Below are positions 1 through 17,200 of a stretch of 64,000 nucleotides of DNA, in pieces; the first letter of the stretch is position 1; the number at the start of each line of letters is the position of its first letter. A program made the translations under genes and the position numbers. A model generated the notes under the pieces. It was not told the origin of the DNA and did no database searches. It saw nothing but the letters and a program-made list of their open reading frames with translations. This stretch comes from Chrysomallon squamiferum (lineage: Eukaryota; Animalia; Mollusca): NCBI GenBank assembly GCA_012295275.1, contig CM022665.1, positions 38,130,001-38,194,000 on the forward strand. Direction: 5' to 3'.

Positions 1-94
1 ATTATTTATTTATTATTTTTTTTTTGATATTTTTTAGACAACTGGTTTATTAACACAGATACTTTTTTATGATAAAAATTATTTTCTGTTTCAG

Positions 95-4845
<4,751 letters not shown>

Positions 4846-5681
4846 TTAGTATACACCAGACTTTACAGGACTTACGTTTAACTTTTAATATTATTATCAC
4901 TGAAGCAGTGATGCCATCTCTTCAAAATGTCTGTCCTAGAATCCATGTCATTCAGAAAAGCCAATACATGAGTGTTACTGAATTATCCTGTGTAATTCAG
5001 TGATCCACAGAGATGTGATGTTATCCAGAGAACAGTTAGCTGCTACCTGTTGAATAGTTTAATTTTCTACAGTAGTCCAGTATTCCAGATCATCCGTAAT
5101 AATAATAATAATAATCAGATTTTCATGCTGGTTTTAGTGGAATGTCAGATGTAATCTGCTTCCAGGACCTGTGATATTTATTTTTATTATTTAAATATAT
5201 CTAATTATTTACTTGTAAATATATATAAAAATGCTGTTATGTATTTTGACAGTACAAAGGTATATACTTGTGTATGTTGACTGCTGTCACCACTGATGGA
5301 GATAACAGGAGCCTCGGAGGCCCACTTCAGATCACTCGTGTGTGTCAATTTGATACAATTTTCAGCAAATAATAAACTTTTACTCAGACATTTATTCATT
5401 GATGTTTATGTTGAATTTGCAAGATTAACAGAATGACTGCATATAAACAGTGATATTAAATACAAAATTTGAAATTATCTTTAAAAAAAAGAAAAAAAAG
5501 ATGAGTGATCAAGCTTATTTCAGAAATAAAGCGTCTGTCTTTTTTTTATTATTGATTTGTGTTGTTGTTGATTTATCTTTTTTAACTACTTTTTTGCTTG
5601 ACAATTTACTGAATACCTCTAGATGGCCTAATATCTTGCTATATAATCTGTTTGTAATTTACTTCAGTATAATTATTTTGA

Positions 5682-5719
5682 AATAAAGTCAGTAAAATAA
5701 TTTTTGAGGAACAAATAAA
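5682..5719 (+). other. Candidate polyadenylation signals of TKFC-A
   Basis: AATAAA at 5682-5687 and 5714-5719, just before CpG density rises at about 5800; AATAAA is common by chance in this AT-rich DNA. Confidence 0.35.
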
Positions 5720-6032
5720 ATTTTAAAATATTGTGAAGGCATTTCATTATAAGTCTGGCATAAGTTTTCTCTACTACAAACATTTTGGCTATTCTTCTTA
5801 TACATCACGGCAAGAGAGATAATCACATCGTTAAGACGTTGTTTAATAAAATGAAATTAAAATTTCCTTTCAAAATATGTTTCAACAATATTTCCATTGA
5901 ATCGTTAATAGTAAATTGTAAGATAACATAATTTCAACGACAAAAAAACAAAAAAAAAAGACAACTCTACCGAAGTTTGTCTAATGTATAACAAATTTCC
6001 TTTGCATTCTGTTGTCGGTATGTATAATATTA

Positions 6033-6197
6033 TGACGTCAACAAGAGAAACTGCGTTATTCGAGATATACTAGGTAAGTGGAAAGTCATGGTGTTTCGAG
6101 TTCTTGTAAAATAATTTGAAATGTCAGCTTGCTACGATCGTTCAAGGACACTGTCAATGAGTACGTTAAATTTAATTATATTTTTATTTATTTTCAG
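6033..6197 (+). promoter_or_regulatory. Candidate TKFC-B promoter / first non-coding exon and short 5'UTR intron
   Basis: Perfect CRE palindrome TGACGTCA 6033-6040, consensus donor AG|GTAAGT at 6073/6074, acceptor ttttcag ending 6197; onset of CpG-normal DNA. Confidence 0.35.
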
Positions 6198-6523
6198 GTT
6201 ACTCGTCAATTTGGTGTCATGAGTCAGGAATTCGATATTCAGAAAATAAATATATGGCTCTTGACATGAACTAAATTTCGAAATTGGTATTTTATCAAAC
6301 CGGGCATGAAGCTATAAAATATTCCAGTCAACATCAATTTGGCAAACCATTAAAATTGGCGTCCAGTTCGGTTATCCGTTTTTCAAATTTGTTCTAATAT
6401 TTCAGCTGACGCTTCTAAATTTAAACATTCGTAAATACACAAATACACCCATACGAAAAGAACGAAAAACCAGAACAAAAAAGAAAAGAAGAATCAAGAG
6501 AAGAAACAAGAAAGAAAAATAAC

Positions 6524-6579
<56 letters not shown>

Positions 6580-7386
6580 GAAATAAAACGACTTTTAAAA
6601 GCATTTTGTTGCTTGGTTTTATTATTTTTCGCTGACAATCAAATATTAAATGAAATATAACAATTTTATATACCATTCTGTTGTTTGTTTTCAATATTTT
6701 CTATAAACAACTGATATTAATCCAACAATTGCTAATAAGATAATAAGAATAATTCATACTATGGAAAAGAATTATCCTGGTGGACTATTCGTCTTAGGTA
6801 CAAAATATACAATATTTATATTAAGGGGTAAATATTATTTTTACATATCCCGTTTATATTTAAATTAATAACAAATTTAGTATGATGCACAGTGTTTCAT
6901 ACTCTAGCTTTTTCAAGGTATAATTGTAAATAAAGCAACTATAACATCATCCGAATTTATTGTCTTTCACAAATTAAAATAAACTTTTGCAAAAATGAAA
7001 TACTGACTTAAATATATTAACCTGTCTGTACTTGGAACACTTGAAATAACGTACAGTAATTCACAGTTAAAGTACCCTTATCAGTGGAGCACTGTTTAGA
7101 ATTAATGACCAATTATCTTTTTAATCTCTAAAGCGCATTAACCTTCTGACAGTTAAGTCTGTCGTAAACAAAAATAACATTATCTAAATGGGAAGAGTTG
7201 TCACCTAAGTGTGCTACTAAGATGTATACTTTTGTTCACTGACTCCATTGTTACTCGTTCGTGCAGTAAAAAAATCTCGATATTGTCTCATTCTCTTTCT
7301 CGTTTGTATGCCCTTGTTGCACGATGCAGACTTGTGCATATCTATCCACATCGTTTTGAGGTCAGTAGTTTATAACAATATTTAAG

Positions 7387-7594
7387 ATGGCTAGCGAACC
7401 TGTGAAAAAACTTATAAATACGGTGGAAGGATGCGTGGACGACATGTTGGAGGGTTACGTGGCAGTAAACACTGGGGTCCAATTGCTCAAAGGTCACCGT
7501 ATTGTCATACGCTGTGATGTAGAGCAGTATGTAAAATCTGGGAAGGTTGCCGTTCTGTGCGGGGGAGGTTCTGGGCACGAACCGGCACAGATGG
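7387..7594 (+). CDS. TKFC: TKFC-B exon 1
   Basis: [23 protein letters not shown]...[13 protein letters not shown], donor gtatgt. Confidence 0.93.
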
Positions 7595-8162
7595 GTATGT
7601 CGTTATTTATTTATTCATTTATTTATTTATTTATTATTATTTATTTATTTTATTATTATTTTATTATTATTGTTTTATATTTTTTTATTATTATTTATTT
7701 ACTAGCACTATAACATTATAGTAGTAGTCGTAGTAACAATAATCAGATGAACAGTGTAACTTATAACGTTAATTATTACTTTACATTTAAATATTTATTT
7801 GATATTTTTTTCTGAAAATAACTTTTTATTCCTAATTAAAACAAATTCCAAAGCTTTGAAATTTATCCAAATTACATATATTTTGAAATTTATATTGAGT
7901 GGGAAGCTCTTTTATATTGAATATTATTCTAAAAAAATATTATTTTTTTTATCACACTCTGAATGCAATTTTGATGCCTGTACCCATTTTTCTCTTTCTA
8001 TAACCTTATTTATAAATAGGATTTTTTTAAAAATAATTTTAGGATATGTAGGAAAGGGGATGCTTACAGCTTATGTTGCTGGATCGGTGTTTGCTTCTCC
8101 ACCACCCCAGGAAATACTGTCAGCAATCAGAGCTGTTGCCAAGCACAACAAAGGTAAATATA

Positions 8163-8225
<63 letters not shown>

Positions 8226-8445
8226 ATAAATATCTCACTTTTTTCTTAATGTACCTGTCTCTGTTGTAATAAATAATATTACGTTCAGTTTCCCAAAAGA
8301 CCGGATAGCTCATACCACAGCTTTTTACAAACCATTATTGGAGCATTAATGAACCAGACTGCGCAGTGAGAAGCTTTTATCACATCCGCCAGCTCCCAAG
8401 GTGAAAAAAAAAAAAAAAAGAAGAAAGGCAGGGAAAGTAAGACCA

Positions 8446-8490
<45 letters not shown>

Positions 8491-8824
8491 TGGAATAGCA
8501 TAGAAAACTGAAAAGAGTCCTATTAAATATGTTGTTTTGGGGGGTTTGTTTTTTCAAGCTGGCTGTTTGTTGACTGTCGCTAACTACACGGGGGACAAGC
8601 TAAACTTCGGACTGGCTTTTGAGAAAGCGAGACTGGAGGGTATAAAAATCGAAAAGATTATTATTGCTGACGACTGCGCTCTGACGTCACACGTGAACAC
8701 TGCAGGAAGGAGGGGACTCGTTGGTTATGTTGTAATCAACAAGGTAACCATTCTGTTATTATTATTATTATTATTTTTTGTTGTTGTTGTTGCTGTTGTT
8801 GTTTTTTGTTTGGTTTTATTACAT

Positions 8825-8856
<32 letters not shown>

Positions 8857-9090
8857 TTACTATTATTTATTTATTTATTATTATAATTTTTTATGAGAAT
8901 TTAATTGTGTTTTCTTTTTTAAATTACTACTTATTTTGTTATATTATACATATATTTTTTTCCCAGATTGCTGGCGCTTTAGCAGAGGATGGTCGAAGTC
9001 TTGAGGAGATTGTTCAAATTACAAAAGATGCTATTTCTAAAATGGGTACTGTTTTTCTTTTTCCACCTTCACTCACACCATTCTGTTTAT

Positions 9091-9169
<79 letters not shown>

Positions 9170-11559
9170 CTTATTATCAAAAACAAATTTGTATGTTTTG
9201 GAAAGTATCTTTGTTTGACATTTAGTCGTTACTGAACGGTTGTCAAAAGCTGATAATGTAGTTAAACACAGCATGTTGAAATTAATAGAAGATTTATGCA
9301 ATATGGATTAGCTTTAATCAACCATTGACATAAATTTTATATTTTCTAATAAATGATAGAAGTAAAATACTACTATTACCAACCATCGGTACCTATTTCT
9401 TTGAAGGAACGATTGGACTCAGTCTTAGTGCTTGCTCAATACCAGGATCCGGACCGTCATTTAGTCTGGGAACAGGACAGATGGAGTTAGGACTTGGTAA
9501 GGACTATTTCAGACTATTTAAGACTCATAATTAATTTCAGTAGCTGGCACCTTATCGTTTTACTGCTGTTTTTAAAATCGTAGGAAGACCATGATTAATA
9601 AATAACTAAATATAGAAATTATAGTTTAGTAATATATAAAAAATATTATTCTGATATATGTAATTGAGTCTTATTTATAGGTGTTCATGGAGAAGCAGGT
9701 GTTAAAAGAATGAAGGTAGGTGTCGCCACTATTACTTTCTCCTTCATATATATCGTCTGTCTCCAACAATAATTCGTTTGTAAATTACTCACAGCCAGTT
9801 GAAACAAAGTGTATTGTTTTTCATTTTCAGATTAAAAAAATAATAATAATAAAAAAAATGTATTAAAACTTAATTTAAAAAAAAAAAAAAAAAAAAATAT
9901 TAAAACAACATTTCTGTTTTGTTATAGGTTACGTCTGCTAAAGAAGCCGTACAGATAATGTTAGACCACATGACCAACCCAGCCTCTTCTACACACCTCA
10001 GAATAAATTCAGGTAAATTAATTGTGTTTTTTTTTTTTCACAAATTTGTTTGTTTGTTGTTGTTGTTGTTAGTTAGGTTTTTTTTGGGGGGGGGGATTCG
10101 GGGTTGCATTTGTTAGGTTTTTTTTTTTTTTTTTTTTTGTCTTGCACCTGTATTGCTCTGTACTTTTATTTAGGAGATACAGTAGCATGTTTCCTCAACA
10201 ATCTTGGCGGAACAACATTTCTGGAAATGAACATCCTCGCAAAAGAAATAATCGATTACTTACGTGAGTATTAATTCGTAATATTTCGTTAATATTTAAA
10301 AGTGTTGTTTTTCTTTTCTTTTCTTTTTTCCCTCTGGAATCCATATAATAAGTCTAAAGCATCTTTTAACACTGTGCTACTTTAAAAGTGACTATAATCA
10401 GAAACGTTACAATTGTTAAGAATATGTCATTTCAGACATCGTAGATAAGGCGTCAGATTTCTCTGACGCAGACACCAGAATAACAATGGCTTAGCCAGTT
10501 AAGAAACCGCTAAAAATGTACCCAAAGCATAATCGTATCTGAAAAGGGGTCATTACTATTTATGGCTTGGATGATCTCAATCCAAAAGAAAAAAATACAT
10601 ATTTCATCCACGATATCCATTTGTCATAAATATATAAACTGATTCGTGTAATTAAATCAGATTATTACATAACGATAATAGGCGATGAATGAATTACTTT
10701 TTTATCTTGTAGAATGCAAAACTGTGGTTGTAGATCGTTTTTACTCTGGACACATTGAGACTTCTTTGGAAATGCATGGAATTTCCATCACGATTGTTCT
10801 TCTGAACGACACACTCAAGCAATGTCTTGGTGCGTTATAACATATAAAATATTTCGTTATTGTGTTACAAAGTGCCGCTATAACCTAGTTCTAATTTTCT
10901 TATCAGAATTAGCTCAGATACTGTAGCAGTGGACATTCAGAGCAAGGATTCTGGTTCAGATCGTCCCAGCAAATTTTGAATAAACTATTTGAAGTTAACG
11001 CAGGAATCACAAATAAATAAATGAATGTGTGTGTGTATGTATATATATATAATTAACATTTATAATTATACTTCTGTTCTTGTGACTAGATGCTCCCACG
11101 GATGTCCCTCACTGGCCAAGACCACTTCTTCCCCATGGAGTCAGGAACCGTCAGTCCCCACCCCTCTTGAACTACCCTACGTAGAACAAAGTACAACAGA
11201 AGTAATAACAAAAGCGACCTGTTGTTTTGGAGATGGTTTGTAAATGGTTCAGATTTGTGCAGATATTTAAATCATGTAAATAAAATCACATTTACTGAAG
11301 TAAAAAAACTTCCTTCTCCTTCCATTTTAATTAATTACATTTGAAAAAAAATGGCTATTTATTCAATCTTACGTTATGCAGTTGACAAGCTCTTTTATGT
11401 TGATTTTAGCATACTCTAATAATCTGTTATGAGACACAGAATTTTATAATTTTTCTAATTAATTTAGCTAATACCGAACACACATATATTTGTGTATCTA
11501 ATTATGTATGTATGAATGTATAAATGTATGGTATAGATGAATGTATGTATGTGTGTGTG

Positions 11560-11599
<40 letters not shown>

Positions 11600-12006
11600 T
11601 GTGTGTTGTTGTGTGTGTGTGTGAACATATTGTACTTTGGTTTAAACTGTTTTGTTATTTATTTAGTAGAAGCATCTTTAACATACGACGCTGTCAAACA
11701 TGCCTGTGAGAGACTGATTGAAGACGAGGCGAGACTAAACTTATTGGACACAGAGGGTGGGGATGGTGACACGGGCAGTACCCTGGCTAGAGGCGCTCAA
11801 GGTATGTTTTGTTTTTCATACTCAGTGTGTGTGCGTGCGTTTTCCGTGTAAATGCCTCTGTGGTAAAAAAAAATAATAATAATAATAAAAAAAAAAAAAA
11901 AACAGAACCAAAACCAGCCAAAAACAACCTTTAATTTTTAAATTACAGTACGTTTATATCAAAAATAAAATAGTGAAAACTATTGTTTGAAATGCTATTT
12001 AAAAAA

Positions 12007-12038
<32 letters not shown>

Positions 12039-12078
12039 CATAATTGAAAATAATAACAATTCTATGTAATACCTTAGC

Positions 12079-12121
<43 letters not shown>

Positions 12122-12530
12122 GTAATACCTTCTTCCCCGATTACTTGTTTATAATATTAAGGTTATTGGCACCCTTTTGTATCCAACTTATTAAGTGATT
12201 CATAAAATATTATTATTATTTTTAATTCTACAGAAATTCTGAAGCGGTTGGGAAACAAGAGCAATCCGGGACTGCCGATTAACAATCCATGTTCTTTGTC
12301 CTTCACCTTGGCGAACATTGCCGAAAATCACATGGGTGGAGCTTCGGGCGCTGTTTGTTTTATTATTTAATTCCGATTTGTCGAATCAATATCGTTCATT
12401 ACTAGGTTGTTACTGCTGCTGTTGTTATACTACTACTGTTATTGTTATTATTTTTAAAATTATTTTTGTTGCTCTTGCCGTCGTTATTACTATTACTCAG
12501 TTTATTATTGTAGTCAATGACGTCGTCGTT

Positions 12531-12590
<60 letters not shown>

Positions 12591-12920
12591 TCAGCTATAC
12601 GGTTTAATGTTCACTGCTGCTTCTGTCTGTCTGTCCAGTGATTTGTCGGTTAAAACGTGGAGTTCTGTTTTCAGAGAAATTATCAACATTATAAAGAGGT
12701 ACTACAGGTTTTCTGAAAACAGAAAATCTATTTGACCGCATAGTATATTATGTTAGACAATGTTTGTGCTTCATAGGTAAAAATATTTATCTTGGTAAAA
12801 AATATCAGGCGAAATCAAGGGTATTGGTGTATGACAAAGCAAACTTAAATGTGTAGTTTTGTGTTGGAATCATGGTAAAAATTACGAGTCCCAACCTAAA
12901 AAACAGAAATATATTATTTC

Positions 12921-12951
<31 letters not shown>

Positions 12952-13569
12952 ATACATATATTATTTAGTTAAATTGAAGTGCCTGTGCATTGCAGCAAAA
13001 TTAATCATTTATACATAAACGTTTTGTTATAACAGAAGTTAGGCGCTAGTAATGTTTTTAAGAATTATATGTATTTTTATTTTAGATACGGTGGTGCAGA
13101 ACCGGGTGATCGAACCATGGTATGTTTGTTCCGTATTTGTTGATTGTTTTGTGTGGGGGAAGATTGCAGGTTCTGGTGACATTTGCATTATCACCAAAAA
13201 ATAAATTTCACAAATTATTGTCGTGAAAAAAAAAAAAATAATAATAATAATAATAATAAAACAGAAATAAAAACCTTTAACAAATTATAAATGTGTGTAT
13301 CTGTTTCTTCATATATATATATATATATAAAAAATATATGCGACTGGGTTTTTTTTTTTCATTTTATTTACTTATATGTGTATATGATGCATACGTTTTT
13401 CGTACGTAGATAATTCTAAAGTGTTTAAATATCAATATTTATATTCTACAGTTGGATCCACTTAGTGCTGCCAGTAAAGTGTTTTCTGGGAGAATACAAA
13501 ATATGTCAGCAGTGGAGTCCTACAAGGAAGCAGTATTGGTGGGTTTCGTTTTATGACAAAATTAGAAAT

Positions 13570-13644
<75 letters not shown>

Positions 13645-13765
13645 AATAGTATTGTTGTTTTGTGGAGGAGTGGCTTGTGGCGTTGTTGTTTTTTTATTTG
13701 TTGTTGTGTTGTTCTTTTTTCTTTTAATCTTTTAATAAATGTAAATGATTTATTTCTTATTTTGT

Positions 13766-13817
<52 letters not shown>

Positions 13818-14236
13818 TTTATCCATTTTAAAAGTAGTGGTTGTTATTAACTGTACCTATTAGCTCTAAACTCACGGGCATTTCTTTGTTAGCCGAGCTG
13901 TATACTAGATCTTTATGGTGTATCCTGGTTCTAATTATCTAGTCAAAGTATTCAATAAACTGTAAGACCCGTCACAGGAACCGTAGTATCCTTAGTATAC
14001 CAAGGTGTAATTAAGACATCCAATGATGCAACCCATTAATTTCTATTATCATATCTTTGTTAATCGTATTTAACTTTCATTTCCAGGCCGCAGAGAAAGC
14101 AGCAACGGAGACTGCGCATTTACCAGCACGCGCCGGACGAGCCAGTTACGTTAACCCAGACCTTCTCAAGCAGCCTGACCCTGGGGCAATGGGTGTAGCC
14201 ATATGGATGAGAGCTATCCTCGACATACTTAATTAA
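7387..14236 (+). CDS. TKFC: Triokinase/FMN cyclase copy B (tandem paralogue), 16 coding exons; 1-nt frameshift in exon 10 (assembly error, null allele or alternative splicing); 591 aa if corrected
   Basis: Exons 7387-7594, 8043-8153, 8559-8743, 8967-9045, 9407-9496, 9681-9715, 9928-10012, 10174-10263, 10713-10829, 11090-11235, 11667-11801, 12234-12352, 12595-12698, 13086-13119, 13452-13538, 14087-14236 (sum 1775 nt). Motifs [53 protein letters not shown]; stop TAA 14234-14236. Confidence 0.93.
8043..8153 (+). CDS. TKFC: TKFC-B exon 2
   Basis: [37 protein letters not shown]. Confidence 0.92.
8290..8356 (-). mobile_element. Fragment of degenerate SINE-like dispersed repeat
   Basis: ttcccaaaagaccggatagctcataccacagcttttt resembles copies at 32396, 40852, 46196, 60571. 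Confidence 0.45.
8559..8743 (+). CDS. TKFC: TKFC-B exon 3
   Basis: [20 protein letters not shown]...[14 protein letters not shown]; AAG acceptor. Confidence 0.92.
8967..9045 (+). CDS. TKFC: TKFC-B exon 4
   Basis: [26 protein letters not shown]. Confidence 0.9.
9093..9166. repeat. (GA)n microsatellite
   Basis: Pure dinucleotide run. Confidence 0.95.
9407..9496 (+). CDS. TKFC: TKFC-B exon 5
   Basis: [30 protein letters not shown]. Confidence 0.9.
9681..9715 (+). CDS. TKFC: TKFC-B exon 6 (catalytic His)
   Basis: [12 protein letters not shown]. Confidence 0.92.
9928..10012 (+). CDS. TKFC: TKFC-B exon 7
   Basis: [28 protein letters not shown]. Confidence 0.88.
10174..10263 (+). CDS. TKFC: TKFC-B exon 8
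   Basis: [30 protein letters not shown]; 90 nt as in copy A. Confidence 0.92.
10713..10829 (+). CDS. TKFC: TKFC-B exon 9
   Basis: [39 protein letters not shown]. Confidence 0.92.
11090..11235 (+). CDS. TKFC: TKFC-B exon 10 (linker), frameshifted
   Basis: [24 protein letters not shown], then TAG 11182-11184 in frame; the shifted frame reads [26 protein letters not shown]; 146 nt. Confidence 0.75.
11667..11801 (+). CDS. TKFC: TKFC-B exon 11
   Basis: [45 protein letters not shown]; 135 nt as in copy A. Confidence 0.9.
12234..12352 (+). CDS. TKFC: TKFC-B exon 12
   Basis: [40 protein letters not shown]; weak donor gtttgt. Confidence 0.88.
12595..12698 (+). CDS. TKFC: TKFC-B exon 13
   Basis: [34 protein letters not shown]. 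Confidence 0.9.
13086..13119 (+). CDS. TKFC: TKFC-B exon 14
   Basis: [11 protein letters not shown]. Confidence 0.92.
13452..13538 (+). CDS. TKFC: TKFC-B exon 15
   Basis: [29 protein letters not shown]; one codon shorter than copy A. Confidence 0.88.
13572..13641. repeat. (CT)n microsatellite
   Basis: Pure dinucleotide run. Confidence 0.95.
14087..14236 (+). CDS. TKFC: TKFC-B exon 16 (last coding)
   Basis: [49 protein letters not shown]. Confidence 0.93.
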   Translation, partial: AAEKAATETAHLPARAGRASYVNPDLLKQPDPGAMGVAIWMRAILDILN

Positions 14237-17200
14237 ACAGTCAGCTACTGCTAAGATGAAAGATACGCAGACCAATTCATTTTTTAATTGGTTTAAAACG
14301 ACTTTTTAACGACGCACATTAGCCTAATGAGCGATCGGCTTATGTCTGATCTTTTGTTACTACGTCAGGTCGTTGGTTAATTATTTAATAGTCCGGTTCA
14401 TTTTGATATTTGGAAAAAGTAAGTGTACCGTTTTATTTGATGTCCTGTTACATAACACAGGTTCACGAACAAAACATTTCGGAAAATAAAAAATCAGTTT
14501 AAAGCTTTAAATTAATTAGTAATTCTTTCGATATACGTACTAAAACTTTTTAATGCAAATTAATACTGTAGATTTATTCAGTCTGTGAACTGACAAATAG
14601 TATCATTTGATTTTATGTTGCCTATCCTTTTCAATTTTCTGAATTGTTCCGTATGTAACTGTTGATAGCAGCTGGTTATACACACAGTTTAGTATCAATG
14701 GTTTTTATTTTTACAGTATAATAAATAAATTAAATGGAGAATTATTTCGTTTCGGTGGTCCCTAATAAACTATATAAAAGTATTAGTCGTGTCTCGTTTT
14801 CTGTTAATAATTTTTTCAATGATTTCATCAGTTTTATTTTATTTTATTTTTTTTTATTTTTTTATTTTTTTACTTTGCCGCTGTTGATTTTTTTTAGTTT
14901 TGCTCTTACATATTATGCTTACAATATTTTGCGACAGTTTGAAATATGTGTTTTTATTTATTTATTTTTTTTTTTTATTTTTTTTTTTTTTTAAATCACT
15001 ACATACAACACTGAATCAAAGAGCAAAATATTCTCCTAATTATAGAATGATGTCACCTCAAAAATATATTTTTATAAATAAATAAATAAGTTAACATTTC
15101 ATAAATGCCTTAATTACTATAATGCGTTGATGTACTGGCCATTGAATTATTAAGTACAATTTCACTGATGACTATAAATGTTTTCATTTGTTACTAATAC
15201 CGAACGCATATTACAAATAATACGTTATTCCAATTATGAATCAGAAAAACAGTGTATCATCTCAATTTATTATTTAGCACGGCTGTTTTCAATTTTATTA
15301 ATGTCTATGTTTAGTGTGGAAACACATAACCAAGAAAGACTGAGTTCACATATTTTCTGCCAAGAAGAACGATTCGAAATCAGAGAATAAAGTATGTTAT
15401 TAGACTCTTCAAATTCTAATACTGCTTATTATAAAGTTTTCAACTCTAATAATAATATTTCAATTCATAAAAATGAAAATAAAAATTTAATGTATATAAT
15501 TGCTTGCGTGCGTGCGTGCGTGTAAAATATTGCATATATAGTTATTATTTTACTGCAGCAGTAACAGTATGGTTTTTATTATTGTTGTGGTCGTTGTATT
15601 ATTTTGTTGTTATTATTATTGTTGTTGTTGTTGCAGCAGCTGCTGCTGTTGTTGTTTAAATTTGATCTGTTGCATGGAAACCTATGCCTGTGACAGATAC
15701 GTGGGATATTTGTAATGTTACACTTCCTGACTGCTCTAACCTGAACGACAAGGATGCAAGTTCACAACTTTAACGCCAACCAGGATGTGCTTAGAGTATC
15801 GTATTTTCATTACTTACGTGTAATCTGTTTGTGACATCAACTTTCCGTTTATCCCTCTTGTGACGCAGCTACAGGATCATCATCAGCTTATGATTGTATG
15901 TCAGCTATTTGCGAAAAATAGACTTTTTTCCATGATTCAGTAATCTGTTGTTATTGTAGGAATCTGAACGAGACTGTTAAATGATGCGTGTAAAAAAAAA
16001 AAAAAAAAAAAAAAAGATCCCTTGTTATTCATGTTAGACCATCTCTGCAGCGGTTGTCCTTTCTTACGTCATAAGTCTGTCTCATTTGAAATTAATATTA
16101 ATTTGGTTTGATGACACCTCAATTATTGGTCAAAATTTATTAGAGACAAGATGTTTTGTTTTTTTTCGTTGTGCGATGCGGATATTTGTTGTTGTTGTTT
16201 TTAATATGCTTGTTTCGTTATTGTTTTTTTTTTTTTTTTATTTTTTCAGTGGGGTTTTCAGGAAGGTGTTGTTGTTAGTAATGTTGAAGGGTTCCGTGAG
16301 GGGTATTTTCGATGTTACAAGAAAAAAAAAAAAAAAAAAATCCACTCCTACATTTACAAATAACGGTATTATTAACGAGCATCGGAACTTTAGCATAAAC
16401 AGTAAAGCACGTATGACTGACTCTCTATTGACAAAACGCGACTGTTGTAACACACAGCGTAGTGACGAGACTAGATCTTCTGACCCACACCACAACAGTC
16501 TGGATTTCTAACCACTAAACCACAACCTACTCTTGACTCATTTGAGGAAAATGACTGTGTTATTGAAAATACGTCACCAATCTGATGATCAACAAACCGA
16601 TGAACTTTGGACAGCGTTTGTCATCGTCAAAAGATGTTTGAAAGTATTTCGTCTGGTCTTCAGAAAGGTCCTTCATACAAAAATGACCCCACGCGCCTCC
16701 AGCTTCAGCCCTGTAACCACGACCATCACGCTTGAACGATCAAAGGGCGACGCCATACGCGAGGCATAAACCGACAAATTTGTTTATTTGTTTGTGCGTG
16801 TTAATATCTAGGACATTGTCCTTCGTCTCGTAATTGGCATACCAACAATAAATTGTCTTGTTTTTCTTGTTATTAGAGTTACGTAACAGAGGTGGTTTCT
16901 GAAGCATAATAGAAAGATGTGTTAAAAACAAGTTTGAAACATTTTGGCGATGAAACATATCGTGAGAAACTTTACATGTTTTAACAGTTAACACTTAGAT
17001 ACAGTATAATATTTTTTTTTTTTTTTTTTCTTTCAGGGTTTTAAATAATGGTTTCTGAACGGTTGTGAATTACAATGTAGCAAGATAATCTGATGTTGCT
17101 GATAAACCTCTGTTTGGAAAGAAAGAAAGAAAAGAGAATAGAGAGAAGAAGCCGTTGAGACAGAAAGAAGTGAAAGACAAGCAGTCAGACAAAGGGCATG

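Noticed and set aside
7381-7389. Identical tttaagATG context at the TKFC-B and RhoU starts
   Set aside because: A six-base AT-rich match consistent with ordinary -3 A preference; likely chance.
11025-11243. 72-aa ORF as an independent gene
   Set aside because: Its 5' part is intronic microsatellite; its 3' part is the post-frameshift frame of TKFC-B exon 10.
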